From Spirochaetia bacterium (GTDB taxonomy: Bacteria > Spirochaetota > Spirochaetia > SZUA-6 > Bin103), in the NCBI GenBank assembly GCA_965203515.1, contig OZ241907.1, positions 3,744,001-3,808,000 of the forward strand: a stretch of DNA of 64,000 bases, given 5' to 3'. Of this stretch, positions 26,150 to 39,635 are shown one piece after another. Under the pieces are notes generated by a model. That model did no database searches and had not been told where the DNA came from. It worked only from the letters and a program-made list of their open reading frames with translations. The first letter of the stretch is position 1, and the number at the start of each line of letters is the position of its first letter. Made by a program: the position numbers and the translations under genes.

Positions 26150-27373
26150 TTACAGCACCTTCCACCAGGGGGCGGCGAGCACGCCGGGGGCCAGCCATTC
26201 GAGCGTGGGGCCGGTGTGCAGCAGCAGTCCGGCCCGGGCCTGCTCGCCGTATTCGGCCCGGAAGGTGCGCAGATGCGCCGCGGCGCCGAGCCGCGGGCGG
26301 CTGGTCGCCTTGACCTCGACCGGCAGCAGACGATCGCCGGTCTCGATCACGAAGTCGACCTCCTCGCCGCCCGCGGTCCGCCAGTAGAGAACCTCGGCGC
26401 GGTCGAGGCGCGCGTCGCGCCAGGCCAGCAGGTCCTGCAGCACCAGGTTTTCCAGATACGCGCCGGGGACCTCGCCGGAGCCGGTCACGTGCAGCGCCAG
26501 CCCGGTGTCGGCCCAGTAGAGCCGGGGCGCCTTGATCAACCGCTTGGTGCGGTTCACGGCGTAGGCGGGTACCCGCACCAGGAGATAGGAGGTCTCGAGC
26601 AGGTTGAGATAGCGGTGGACGGTCGGCTGCGGCAGCGCCGTGTCGCGCCCCAGTTCGGTCTGGTTGACGAGCTGGCCAAGCCGTAGCGCGGCAGCGCGCA
26701 CCAGGCGCCGGAAGTCCGGCAGCGCGGCGATGGAGGAGAGCGACTGCAGGTCGCGTTCGAGGTAGGTGGTCACGTAGCCGTCGAACCACACCGCCCGCTC
26801 GCGTGCGGTCTCCATGCGCAAGGCCGGCACCGGAAAGCCGCCGCGGCGGGCCAGCTCCCGCCAATCGTCCGGCTCGCCGGGCTGCGCGGCCACCACGTCG
26901 CGCCACTCCGCGTCCGGCGTTGCCAACAACTCTTCCCAGATGCCGCAGCGGCCGAGTCCCCGCAGTTCGCGCCGCGTCATCGGCCACAGGGTGAGATAGC
27001 TCGCGCGGCCGGCGAGCGACTCCGCTACGCGGCGCATGAGGAGCAGGTTCGCCGAGCCGCTGAGCAGGAACTGCCCCGGCTGGCGGCGGCGGTCGATGGC
27101 CCGCTTGATGGCCAGCAGCAGATCGGGAGCGCGCTGCACCTCGTCCAGGGTGACCGGCTCGGCGCCGCCCACGAGCGCCTCCGGGTCGCGCCGCGCCGCG
27201 TCCAGCACGTCCAGGTCGTCCAGCGACAGGAACCGCCGCCGGCCCGGCGTGAGGTCCTGCGCCAGTGTGCTCTTGCCGGTCTGCCGGGCCCCGGTCACCA
27301 CCACCGCAGGCATCACGTTCAGGCGGTCGCGCAGGCTGCCGGCGACGTGCCGGGGAAGCGTATCGGTATTCAT
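26150..27373 (-). CDS. AAA_14 ATPase with DUF4143 (PD-(D/E)XK-like) C-terminus
   Basis: GARQTGKS, LDEVQR, LSGSA, YLERD, KAPRLYWADTG, EVDFV...EVK. Confidence 0.9.
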   Translation of the reverse strand: MNTDTLPRHVAGSLRDRLNVMPAVVVTGARQTGKSTLAQDLTPGRRRFLSLDDLDVLDAARRDPEALVGGAEPVTLDEVQRAPDLLLAIKRAIDRRRQPGQFLLSGSANLLLMRRVAESLAGRASYLTLWPMTRRELRGLGRCGIWEELLATPDAEWRDVVAAQPGEPDDWRELARRGGFPVPALRMETARERAVWFDGYVTTYLERDLQSLSSIAALPDFRRLVRAAALRLGQLVNQTELGRDTALPQPTVHRYLNLLETSYLLVRVPAYAVNRTKRLIKAPRLYWADTGLALHVTGSGEVPGAYLENLVLQDLLAWRDARLDRAEVLYWRTAGGEEVDFVIETGDRLLPVEVKATSRPRLGAAAHLRTFRAEYGEQARAGLLLHTGPTLEWLAPGVLAAPWWKVL

Positions 27374-27412
27374 GTCGTGAATGATAGTCATTCACGACAT
27401 GAATGACTATCA
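27368..27412. promoter_or_regulatory. Two overlapping perfect inverted repeats spanning the -10 box and start codon of the AAA_14 gene
   Basis: ATTCATGTCGTGAATGA-tag-TCATTCACGACATGAAT (17-bp arms) and TGATAGTCATTCA-cgaca-TGAATGACTATCA (13-bp arms). Confidence 0.75.
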
Positions 27413-27569
27413 CGTAGAGGGCATCTGTGTGCTGCGCCGAGTCCGCGGATTGCCGGTGTCCGAGCACATCCTGCCGTCCGCCACCACATGGCGGAAGGCT
27501 CGAAAAGCGGCGCGTGAAACACCTCCGCCGGCACTGAGCGTCGTTCGGCGGGACATCTGAGCGTGCGCA

Positions 27570-27597
27570 TTGACAACCACACGCCCTCTTCTATTAT
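27570..27597 (+). promoter_or_regulatory. Putative sigma70 promoter of the PARIS-like operon
   Basis: TTGACA-16-TATTAT. Confidence 0.6.
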
Positions 27598-27611
27598 CCT
27601 GAGTGAGAATC

Positions 27612-28958
27612 ATGAGCAAACCCGAATTCCGAAGGCTCGAACGAATCAAGGTCGATCGGCTCTTCAATGTCTACGATCATCGCATCGATCTCAAGCTGGA
27701 TGACCGCGTAACGCTGCTGCACGGACCCAACGGTACCGGGAAGACCGTCATTCTGCGAATGATCGATGCGTTGCTCAATGCTCGTCTTTCGTACTTTCAG
27801 AGGATTCCATTTTCGCGCCTTGCCGTTCAATTTCACGACGGAAGCGCGATAGAACTCCATAAGTTCGCAGCAGACGACGATGCGGCCAAGTTGAAGCTGT
27901 ACAGGAACGGCAAAGAAGAAGATTCAACCCAAGTCCGTCTGAGCATCGGAGCAGAACATATCGCCGCATCCATCAGCCACCTGCAGCCTCACCCGACCAT
28001 GCCGGATACCTGGATAGACATGCGTGACGGAGAAATACTTCCTTCAACGGAAGTCATCTCCCGTTACGGAAATCTTGTCTCACCACAATCAAGGACCGAA
28101 GAGGACAGCCCTCAAACACCGATCTGGTTTCGGGATTTCCTGAAGACCGCGAACACTCATCTGATCGAGGCGCAAAGATTGTTCCAGTTTGGACGAGGTC
28201 ACAGAGATCAACTACCACGTCGCCGCCGCTATTGGCAATCCGGCGCCGACGCGTTGGTTTCCACGGTAGTCGAATGTGGCCATGACTTCAGAACTCGCCT
28301 TGATGATACCATGGCCGATTATGGGCGAAAATCACAGACATTGGATCAGTCCTTTCCGCAGCGTTTGATTGCCGACGAAGAAGAGAAGATGTCCGTCGAG
28401 CTGCTTGAAGAAAGAATATCCGAGCTCGAAGAGAAAACGGCTGATCTGAAGAAGATCGGGATATTGGAAGAAACGCAGCCGAATCCAATTCACGAAGGAA
28501 TGAAGAACATCGATTCCACGCAGGCGCGCGTGATGACGTTGTACGTGCATGATACGACGGAGAAACTGGCGAAGCTGGATGTCTTGAAGGACCCCTCGCG
28601 CCTTCTTCTGGATAAGATGAACCAGAAGTATCGGCACAAGAAGATCCTCGTGGATCGCGAGCACGGTCTTGTCGCGGTGAGTGACGACGGTCAACGCCTG
28701 GAGTTGGACTGCCTTTCGTCCGGCGAGCAGCACGAGCTCGTCCTGTACTATGCTCTTCTGTTCAAGGTGCCGTCAAATACCATCGTCTTGATCGATGAAC
28801 CGGAACTGTCGCTTCACGTAGCGTGGCAAAAGAAGTTCCTTCCGGATCTCCTGGAGATCGTTGCACTGTCCAACTTCGACACGTTGATTGCGACCCATTC
28901 ACCGTACATCATCGGCGACAGAGCGGATCTGATGATCGGGCTCGGAGGCTCGGACTGA
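27612..28958 (+). CDS. ABC-type ATPase, AriA-like (PARIS)
   Basis: HGPNGTGKT, LSSGEQ, LIDEPELSLH, ATHSP; lower GC; directly upstream of a DUF4435-like gene (alternative GTG start at 27603). Confidence 0.82.
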   Translation: MSKPEFRRLERIKVDRLFNVYDHRIDLKLDDRVTLLHGPNGTGKTVILRMIDALLNARLSYFQRIPFSRLAVQFHDGSAIELHKFAADDDAAKLKLYRNGKEEDSTQVRLSIGAEHIAASISHLQPHPTMPDTWIDMRDGEILPSTEVISRYGNLVSPQSRTEEDSPQTPIWFRDFLKTANTHLIEAQRLFQFGRGHRDQLPRRRRYWQSGADALVSTVVECGHDFRTRLDDTMADYGRKSQTLDQSFPQRLIADEEEKMSVELLEERISELEEKTADLKKIGILEETQPNPIHEGMKNIDSTQARVMTLYVHDTTEKLAKLDVLKDPSRLLLDKMNQKYRHKKILVDREHGLVAVSDDGQRLELDCLSSGEQHELVLYYALLFKVPSNTIVLIDEPELSLHVAWQKKFLPDLLEIVALSNFDTLIATHSPYIIGDRADLMIGLGGSD

Positions 28959-29780
28959 GTGCCGGCGGGACACAAGAATCCGGGCATCATCGTAGCTGAA
29001 GTCAAGATGGAACGGCAGATGAACGACTGCTGTTCGGTCCTGATCGTCGAGGGTGCCGACGATGCTCGCTTCTGGGAGCCGCGAAGACACTCCGCTTGCG
29101 CAATGGTCGACAGCGAGGGTAAGCCGAACGTGGTGGAGGCCGTTCGACGGCTTGATGGAGATGTTGGAGGGGTGTTGGGCATCGTCGACGAGGATTACGA
29201 TTGCTTGATGGGGAAGAGCCTGGGATCGAGCAATCTGGTGGCGGTGTCGCCGCATGATCTCGAGTGTTTTCTGTTGTGTCATACGTCGGCGCTCGATAGC
29301 GTGTTGGCTGAGTTCGGAACGCGGACGAAGATAGCCTCCTTCGAGGCACGAGAAAGTACCGACATACGGACCGCGCTGTTGTATCGAGCAAGCGTTTTCG
29401 GGCAGATCAGGTGGGCACATGCGTGCGGTCTGAATATCCGCTCGCAGGAGATACGGATTCCGAGGTTCCTGGATGAAAGGACGTGGCAGGTGGACCGTCA
29501 GGGGCTGATTCGTGTGGCGGCGGCCGGTTTGGAGGACGAATTGGAACGCTGCATTGGCCGGCTGCCGAAGGTGCAACCGTGGCGGCTGGTACAAGGACAT
29601 GACGTGTTGGATGTTCTCCGGATTGGGCTCAGGAACGTTCTGGGTGACTTGCCCTCGAGTGTCGGGGTATCGGACATCGCGCACGTGCTCCGCGCTGCCG
29701 GAAGATTGGAAGGTACGACGCTGCTCGATGAAATCCGACGTTGGGAAGGAGCCAATCGGCCGTACCTTGTACTTCAGTAG
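28959..29780 (+). CDS. DUF4435 TOPRIM protein, AriB-like (PARIS)
   Basis: LIVEGADD, GKPNV, GIVDEDYD, HDLE, QGHD. Confidence 0.78.
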   Translation: MPAGHKNPGIIVAEVKMERQMNDCCSVLIVEGADDARFWEPRRHSACAMVDSEGKPNVVEAVRRLDGDVGGVLGIVDEDYDCLMGKSLGSSNLVAVSPHDLECFLLCHTSALDSVLAEFGTRTKIASFEARESTDIRTALLYRASVFGQIRWAHACGLNIRSQEIRIPRFLDERTWQVDRQGLIRVAAAGLEDELERCIGRLPKVQPWRLVQGHDVLDVLRIGLRNVLGDLPSSVGVSDIAHVLRAAGRLEGTTLLDEIRRWEGANRPYLVLQ

Positions 29781-29815
29781 CTGCTTACGGCAATGAAGTA
29801 TCTCGTAGGGCGGGA

Positions 29816-31423
29816 CTACATGCCCCACACGGTGACCGGCGCGCCGGCGGAGGATTCGGCGCGGCGGAACACCTTGTCGTTCCACGATTTGCCGGCGGTG
29901 CGGTCGAACAGCACCAGGTGGCCTTCGGCGGCCGCGCAGCGGTCCATCCAGGCGCGCGTCTGCGCCAGCCCGGTGCGGATGGTTTCGTCCAGGCTGCGGC
30001 GCACCAGCTTGCACTCGATCACCATCCGGCGCGTGCGTTCCCGGCGGGCGCGTTCCCGGGGCGCGCCGGCCGGCCAGACGATCAGCAGGTCGGTGCGCAT
30101 CCGCCCCAGACCGTACTCGCGCTCCACCCGGCCGCCGGAGTTGACCACGCGCTGCAGGAACGCCTGCAGCAGCAATTGCGGTCCCGCCTCCCGATATTGG
30201 AACCGCTCGATCCAGTGCTCGGAATGCTCGCGAAAGAAGGCCTGAAATGCGGCCAGCAGGTCGGCGAGCCGCAGCTCCCCCGTGTCGTCCACGTACCAGG
30301 CGGGGTCGTGCGTGAGGCCGGCCTGCGTGGTCCAGGTAAGGTCGCGCGGGATCACCTCCCGGTAGATCGGATTGGCAATGCGGATCGGGTCGTCACGCGC
30401 CACCAAGCCCAGGTCGCGCGCGTATTGCAGGTCGTCGGGCCGCATCTCCGGGTTCGCCTGGCCGCCGCTCAGCACCGGTCCGATCACCCGCCGCACGCGC
30501 TCTTCCCGCAGCTTGTCGGTGAGCTGATCGAGATGGGTCTCACGGCGCCGGATGAGCTGCTCGCGGGCGGCCTGGATATCCTCGCCGGCGATCTCCCGGC
30601 TGCGGTCGCGCCCGGCGGTGTTCCCGAAGCACGCTCCCTGGGCCAAGGCGTTGACCAGCCACGGCTGGCCGGCGGTCAGCTCCCACACCGTGCGCAGCGC
30701 GTCCTCAGTCCACCGCTGTCCGGTCTCCGCGGTATGCTGGCCGAGCAGCGCGCGCACATCGGCCTCCGCGAAGTCGCCGATGCGCAACGACGCGGCCTTG
30801 ACGTTGAAGGCGCTGCCGCCGGTGATGACCGCCTGCTCGGCGGCGGAGCGGATGCGGTAGTCGCGCACGTCGCGCACCCCGCACAGGATGACGCTCTGCG
30901 GGAAGCGGCGCGGGCGGTGCGCGTAGCCGGCGCGCAACTGCCGCAGCACGGCGATCAGGGTGTCGCCGACCAGCGCGTCGATCTCGTCGATCAGCAGCAC
31001 CAGCGGCGTGGGGTCCGCAGCCGCCCACCGCGCCAGCACCTGCCGCAGCACGCCCGCCGGTCCGGCGCGCTCCAGCAGCGCCGGCCACAGGCTGGCCGGC
31101 ACCGGGTCGTCGAGCGTCGCCTCCGCCTCAATCTCCAATTCGCTGAGGATGGCGCGCATCGCTTCCGCCCGGTCGTCGCGCGCCGCCTGGCCGGCCTCCA
31201 CGTTGACGTAGACGCACCGGTAGCGGCCGTGGCCGCCGCGGTTGAGCAGATCGCGCAACGCCAGCAGCGCCGACGTCTTGCCGGTCTGGCGCGGCGCGTG
31301 CAGCACGAAGTAGCGCTTGTCGCGGATCAGGTCGAGGATCTCGCGCCGATCGATCCGTTCGAGCGGCGGCACGCAGTAGTGATCGGCGGCCACGACCGGC
31401 CCCGATGTGTTGAAGAAGCGCAT
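29816..31423 (-). CDS. AAA-like ATPase with C-terminal PD-(D/E)XK-like domain
   Basis: MRFFNTSGP, HAPRQTGKTS, LIDEID, GQPWLVNAL, RTDLLI...IECK. Confidence 0.82.
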   Translation of the reverse strand: MRFFNTSGPVVAADHYCVPPLERIDRREILDLIRDKRYFVLHAPRQTGKTSALLALRDLLNRGGHGRYRCVYVNVEAGQAARDDRAEAMRAILSELEIEAEATLDDPVPASLWPALLERAGPAGVLRQVLARWAAADPTPLVLLIDEIDALVGDTLIAVLRQLRAGYAHRPRRFPQSVILCGVRDVRDYRIRSAAEQAVITGGSAFNVKAASLRIGDFAEADVRALLGQHTAETGQRWTEDALRTVWELTAGQPWLVNALAQGACFGNTAGRDRSREIAGEDIQAAREQLIRRRETHLDQLTDKLREERVRRVIGPVLSGGQANPEMRPDDLQYARDLGLVARDDPIRIANPIYREVIPRDLTWTTQAGLTHDPAWYVDDTGELRLADLLAAFQAFFREHSEHWIERFQYREAGPQLLLQAFLQRVVNSGGRVEREYGLGRMRTDLLIVWPAGAPRERARRERTRRMVIECKLVRRSLDETIRTGLAQTRAWMDRCAAAEGHLVLFDRTAGKSWNDKVFRRAESSAGAPVTVWGM

Positions 31424-31432
31424 CCTCTCAGG

Positions 31433-32980
31433 TCAGCCGTCGGCCACCTCGAACGCCGTCACGTTGCGCGTCTTGCGGCTGAACTCCACCCCGATCAGGT
31501 GGATCGGCTCACCACGGCCGCGGTACTTGGCCGCGTAGCCGCGCTCCCGCAACTGCGCCAGCGCTCCCCCCGGCGGCGCCGTCTCCACCACCTTGAACTC
31601 GAACAGGTAGACGTGGCCGCCGGTCCGCACCGCCATGTCCAGCCGCCCGCGCGCGCTCGATTCCTCCACCACGATGTCATACCCCAGCCCCGCGAAGTAC
31701 GAATAGAACACGCTCGCGTAGTACCCCTCGTAGCGGGCGATGTCATTGTTGGTGTGCCATTCATAGGGGATGCTGGCGAAGAAGGCGTGGAACAACTCCC
31801 GCAGGCCGGCGCAGTCGTGCGCTGCCAGCAGGCGCGCCAGACGGATGCTGTTGGCGGTCTGCCGCCCGGCGTCCTGCACCAGCCGGCGCAGCAGCACCCG
31901 ATTCAGGCTCTGCCGCACTTCCCGGTTCGGATAGCCCAGCCGATACAACGGCAACCCGCCCAGCTCTTCCTCCCCCGTGATCGTCAGGTAGCCGGTCTGG
32001 AACAGCAGCGCCTCGGTGCCGACGTGCTCCACGTCGAACGCCGACAGCAGGTCCTCGGTGCCGACCATCTCCTGCAGCGAGACCGAGGAGACCTGCCGCT
32101 CGAACAGCGTGTCGACCAGGAACGCCGGCGTGCCGGTCTCGAACCAGTGGGCGGCGAACTTGCGGCGGCGCAGCAGCAGCAGCACGTCGAAGGGGTTGTA
32201 GACCGATTCCTCGCCCAGCCAGCGATAGCCGTTGTACCAGTCGCGCACCCGTTCCCGGTCCAGTCCGTCGAGTTCCGGGGCGAACACGGTGTCCAGGTCA
32301 CCTTCCGTGTAGCCGCAGATCGACGAGTAGGCCGGATCAAGCGTGATGTCGGTGAGGTTGTTGAGGTCGGAGAACAGGCTCACCTTGGAGAACTTGCTCA
32401 CGCCGGTCAGGAACGTGAACCGCAGGTGCGCGTCGCAGTCCTTGATCACCCCGTACACGCCGCGCAGGTAGTCGCGGTTGGCGCGCGCCGCTGCCGGCAT
32501 CTCCAGCGCTTCCAGGATCGGCTTGTCGTACTCGTCCACCAGCACCGCGACCGGCTGTCCGCTGCGTTCGTGCAGCGATCTGATCAGATAGCCGAACCGC
32601 TCCGGCGCGGTGTCGTAGCGGGGGCGCACGCCGGCCGCCTGCTCCAGGCCGTCCAACTGCGCGGCCAGGTTGGCGTGCAGCTGGCCCGGCTCCTTGAAGT
32701 GGCCGCCGGCAAAGCTCAACCGCACCACCGGATTGCGTTCCGACCAGTTCCAGCCGGCGTGGACGTGCAGGCCGGCGAACAGCGGCTCGTTGCCCTCGAA
32801 CAGCTCCTTCAGCGTGTCCAGGAACAGGCTCTTGCCGAACCGCCGCGGGCGCGACAGGAAGTAGTGCTTCCCTTCGTGGAGCAACCGTTGCAGGTAGGCG
32901 GTCTTGTCCACGTAGTAGCAATTCTCCTCGCGCAGCTCGCGGAAGGTCTGGATGCCGATCGGCAGCCGGCGTCTGGTCAT
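31433..32980 (-). CDS. AAA-ATPase-like + PDDEXK_9 (DUF1703) protein
   Basis: LPIGIQTF, YYVDKT, SRPRRFGKS, VDEYDKP, FQTGYLT, GRLDM...FEFK. Confidence 0.88.
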   Translation of the reverse strand: MTRRRLPIGIQTFRELREENCYYVDKTAYLQRLLHEGKHYFLSRPRRFGKSLFLDTLKELFEGNEPLFAGLHVHAGWNWSERNPVVRLSFAGGHFKEPGQLHANLAAQLDGLEQAAGVRPRYDTAPERFGYLIRSLHERSGQPVAVLVDEYDKPILEALEMPAAARANRDYLRGVYGVIKDCDAHLRFTFLTGVSKFSKVSLFSDLNNLTDITLDPAYSSICGYTEGDLDTVFAPELDGLDRERVRDWYNGYRWLGEESVYNPFDVLLLLRRRKFAAHWFETGTPAFLVDTLFERQVSSVSLQEMVGTEDLLSAFDVEHVGTEALLFQTGYLTITGEEELGGLPLYRLGYPNREVRQSLNRVLLRRLVQDAGRQTANSIRLARLLAAHDCAGLRELFHAFFASIPYEWHTNNDIARYEGYYASVFYSYFAGLGYDIVVEESSARGRLDMAVRTGGHVYLFEFKVVETAPPGGALAQLRERGYAAKYRGRGEPIHLIGVEFSRKTRNVTAFEVADG

Positions 32981-32984
32981 CGGC

Positions 32985-36539
<3,555 letters not shown>

Positions 36540-36636
36540 GCCGCGATGATAGAACGCCTCTCGCTCAGGCGGCACGCGCGCGGTCGCGGAAGCCGGCTCG
36601 ACAGCGAAGCCGTCATGGGATAGACCGGACGACGCC

Positions 36637-37161
36637 ATGGCTGACACGGCCGATCACGTCCACGCACCGGCGACGCGGTTCTGCGCCGCCTGCGCCGCGC
36701 CGCTGACCACGCGCTGCGTCGACGGCCGGCAACGGCCGGCGTGCGAGCGGTGCGGCGCGGTGGTCTACCTGGACCCCAAGGTGGCCGCCGGCGCCATCGT
36801 CGTCGACCGGGACCGCATCGCCCTGGTCAAGCGAGCGATCAGCCCGGCGCGCGGCAAGTGGACCTTTCCCGGAGGCTACGTCGACCGCGGCGAGCCGGTC
36901 GACCGAGCCGCCGTGCGCGAGACCTGGGAAGAGGCCGGCCTGCGCGTGCGCATCGAAGGGCTGCACGGCGTCTTCTCCTACCCGCACGTGACGGCGGTGC
37001 TGATCGTCTATACCGCGGCGGTCACCGGCGGCGCGCTGGCGGCCGGACCGGAGTGCGAGGCGGCCGCCTGGGTCGAGCCGACCGCCATCCCGTGGGCGGA
37101 GCTCGCCTTTCCCAGTACCGCCGACGCGCTGCGCGCGTGGATCGATCGAGGCGTCCGGTGA
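36637..37161 (+). CDS. NUDIX hydrolase with N-terminal zinc ribbon
   Basis: FCAAC...CERC; PGGYVDRGEPVDRAAVRETWEEAG Nudix box. Confidence 0.9.
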   Translation: MADTADHVHAPATRFCAACAAPLTTRCVDGRQRPACERCGAVVYLDPKVAAGAIVVDRDRIALVKRAISPARGKWTFPGGYVDRGEPVDRAAVRETWEEAGLRVRIEGLHGVFSYPHVTAVLIVYTAAVTGGALAAGPECEAAAWVEPTAIPWAELAFPSTADALRAWIDRGVR

Positions 37162-38510
37162 GAGAGACGCTGGAGCGCATCTACCGCGCCGGCCTGGATC
37201 CGGTGCGGCCCGATCGGCTGATCCGCTCGGCCGTGTCGGTCGCCGGCCACACCCTGCGGGTCGCCGGCCGGGACGGCCAGGTCGACCTGCGCAGCGTCCG
37301 CCGGATCATCGTGATCGGCGCCGGCAAAGCGTCGGCGAGCATGGCGCTGGCGCTGGAGGAGGTGCTGGGCGACCGGATCGCCGGCGGCGCCATCGCCACC
37401 AAGGCCGGCCACGGCGAGCCGCTCGAACGCATCGAGGTGATCGAGGCCGGCCATCCGGTCCCCGACGAGGCGAGCGTGAGCGCCGCGCGCGCGATCATCC
37501 GGCACTGCCGCGAAGCGGACGCCGGCACGCTGGTGATCGGCCTGATCTCCGGCGGCGGGTCGGCGCTGCTGGCCGCGCCGCTCGACACCGCCGGCCGCGC
37601 CCCGCGCCTCGACCTGGACGACAAGCGCCGGGTCACGGAGCTGCTGCTCGCCTCCGGCGCCGCCATCGGGGAGATGAACTGCGTCCGCAAGCACCTGTCG
37701 CAGGTGAAGGGCGGCCGGCTGGCGGCCCTGATCCACCCCGCCCGCTCCCTCAACCTGATCCTGTCCGACGTGGTCGGCGACCGCCTGGACACCATCGCCT
37801 CCGGCCTGACCGCCGCCGACGCCACCACCTACGCGGACGCCCTGGCGATCACCGATCGCTACGGGGTGACCGCGGCGCTGCCGGCGGCGGCCCGCCGCCT
37901 GCTGCAGGCCGGCCGCGACGGCCGCCTCCCGGAGACGCCCAAAGCGGGCGCCCGCGAGCTGGCCGGTGTCCGCAACGTGCTGCTGGGAAACAACCTGACC
38001 GCGTTGACCGGCGCCCGCGCGCAGGCGCAGGCGCTCGGCTGGCCGACCCTGGCGCTCTCCTCGCAGATCGTCGGCGAAGCGCGCGAGGTGGCCAAGGTCT
38101 ATCTGGCGATCGGCTCCGACGTCGCCCGTCACGGCGTGGCGGCGTCCGCCCCGTGCTGCGTGATCGGCGGCGGCGAGACGACGGTCACGCTGCGCGGCGA
38201 CGGCGCCGGCGGACGCAGCCAGGAGATGGCGCTCGCCTTTCTCACGGAGTCCGCCGAACACGCGGAGCGGCGCCGGCTCCACTTCCTGGCCGCCTCGACC
38301 GACGGCACGGACGGCCCGACCGACGCCACCGGTGCATTCGCCGACCCGGCGGTGTATGATGCCGCTCGACGGCTGGGATTGACTCCCCGTCACTACCTCG
38401 ATCGCAACGACTCGTACACCTTCTTCGACCGCGCCGGCGGGCTGCTCCGTACGGGACCGACACGCACGAACGTGGGCGATCTGCAGGTGTTGTTGATCAC
38501 CGAGCGATGA
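37158..38510 (+). CDS. Glycerate kinase type 2 (DUF4147/MOFRL)
   Basis: GAGKAS, AGHPVPD, ISGGGSAL, RKHLSQVKGG, GGETTV, TDGTDG, TGPTRTNVGD. Confidence 0.92.
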   Translation: MRETLERIYRAGLDPVRPDRLIRSAVSVAGHTLRVAGRDGQVDLRSVRRIIVIGAGKASASMALALEEVLGDRIAGGAIATKAGHGEPLERIEVIEAGHPVPDEASVSAARAIIRHCREADAGTLVIGLISGGGSALLAAPLDTAGRAPRLDLDDKRRVTELLLASGAAIGEMNCVRKHLSQVKGGRLAALIHPARSLNLILSDVVGDRLDTIASGLTAADATTYADALAITDRYGVTAALPAAARRLLQAGRDGRLPETPKAGARELAGVRNVLLGNNLTALTGARAQAQALGWPTLALSSQIVGEAREVAKVYLAIGSDVARHGVAASAPCCVIGGGETTVTLRGDGAGGRSQEMALAFLTESAEHAERRRLHFLAASTDGTDGPTDATGAFADPAVYDAARRLGLTPRHYLDRNDSYTFFDRAGGLLRTGPTRTNVGDLQVLLITER

Positions 38511-38523
38511 AGGGACTGCTGGC

Positions 38524-39600
38524 ATGAACCGACCCTGGGCCCGCTATGCGGACGGACTGTCGATCTCCAAGGAAGCATTCGAGCGGCTGGCGGCGGCGGC
38601 GCCCGACGGGGTGCTGGACGTCTTCGCCTCCGATCAGCACGGCTCCTACCTGGCGCTGCTCACCACCTTTCTGGCCAACACGCCCGCACCGCGGCCGGCC
38701 GGCGACGACGACGTGCGCCGCACCGCGCACGAGTTCGCGGCGGCGCTCGACGGCGCGGCCAGCGCGGCGCTGTTCAACCGCCTGGCCTACACCTCCCCCG
38801 GTTTCCGCGAGAAGCTGGGCGACACCTACCTGATCGGCCGCCTGGAATCGTCCGCCGCGCAGACGGTCGACGGCGGCGCCGGCAAACTGGCGGTGCTGGA
38901 GCTGCCGCCCGAAGAGGCGGCCGAGCGGGTCGACGGCTTCAAGACGCTGGTCAACCTCAACCCCGACCACCCGGAGAGCTGGAAGCGCAACCGCGACTGG
39001 CTGGCCGGCGTGGCCGAGCGGTGCACGCGGCTGGGCAAGCCGCTGTTCTCGGAAACGCTGCTGCTGCAGAAACCGGGCGAGGACCGCGCCGCCTTCGCCG
39101 CGCGGCTGCCGGAGGCGCTGGTGCGGATCGCCGAGGAGTTCGGCTCGTTCGGCGCCTTCTACAAGACGCAGATGCCGCTGCTCTGGATCGAGGACGGCGC
39201 CGGCAACGTGCAGCCCGCCTCCGGCGCCGAGGTGGTGCGCGACACCTGCCGACGGATCGCCGAGGCGTGCCCGCGGCCGCTGTTCCTGCTGAGCGCGGCG
39301 GTCGACTTTGCCCAGTACGCCGCCCAGTACGCGCTGGTCGCCGACCTGGTGGCCGCGCCGATGTGCGGCCGCGCCTACTTCAAGGAGGCGTTCACCGCCG
39401 ACTCCGCGACGAGCTGGGAAGGGTTGGTGGCCGCCTTCGAGCGCATCGCCCTGCCGCGCGTGCGCCAGATGCGGGAGCTGGCCACGGCGCGCAGCCGGCC
39501 CTGGTGGCACGCGCTGGAGTGGATCGCGGACGAGGGCCGCCGGCTGATCCGCACCGGGACGCGCAGCCTGTCGAGCGTCGCCGCCGACTTCGGCTACTGA
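38524..39600 (+). CDS. LacD-like class I aldolase (tagatose-bisphosphate/sulfofructose-phosphate aldolase family)
   Basis: ASDQHGS (cf. A.DQRG), FKTLV, FYKTQMP (putative Schiff-base Lys), LLSAAVDF, MCGRA. Confidence 0.65.
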   Translation: MNRPWARYADGLSISKEAFERLAAAAPDGVLDVFASDQHGSYLALLTTFLANTPAPRPAGDDDVRRTAHEFAAALDGAASAALFNRLAYTSPGFREKLGDTYLIGRLESSAAQTVDGGAGKLAVLELPPEEAAERVDGFKTLVNLNPDHPESWKRNRDWLAGVAERCTRLGKPLFSETLLLQKPGEDRAAFAARLPEALVRIAEEFGSFGAFYKTQMPLLWIEDGAGNVQPASGAEVVRDTCRRIAEACPRPLFLLSAAVDFAQYAAQYALVADLVAAPMCGRAYFKEAFTADSATSWEGLVAAFERIALPRVRQMRELATARSRPWWHALEWIADEGRRLIRTGTRSLSSVAADFGY

Positions 39601-39635
39601 CCGCCCCAGCGGCCGGCATGGTCAGGCCGGCCTGG

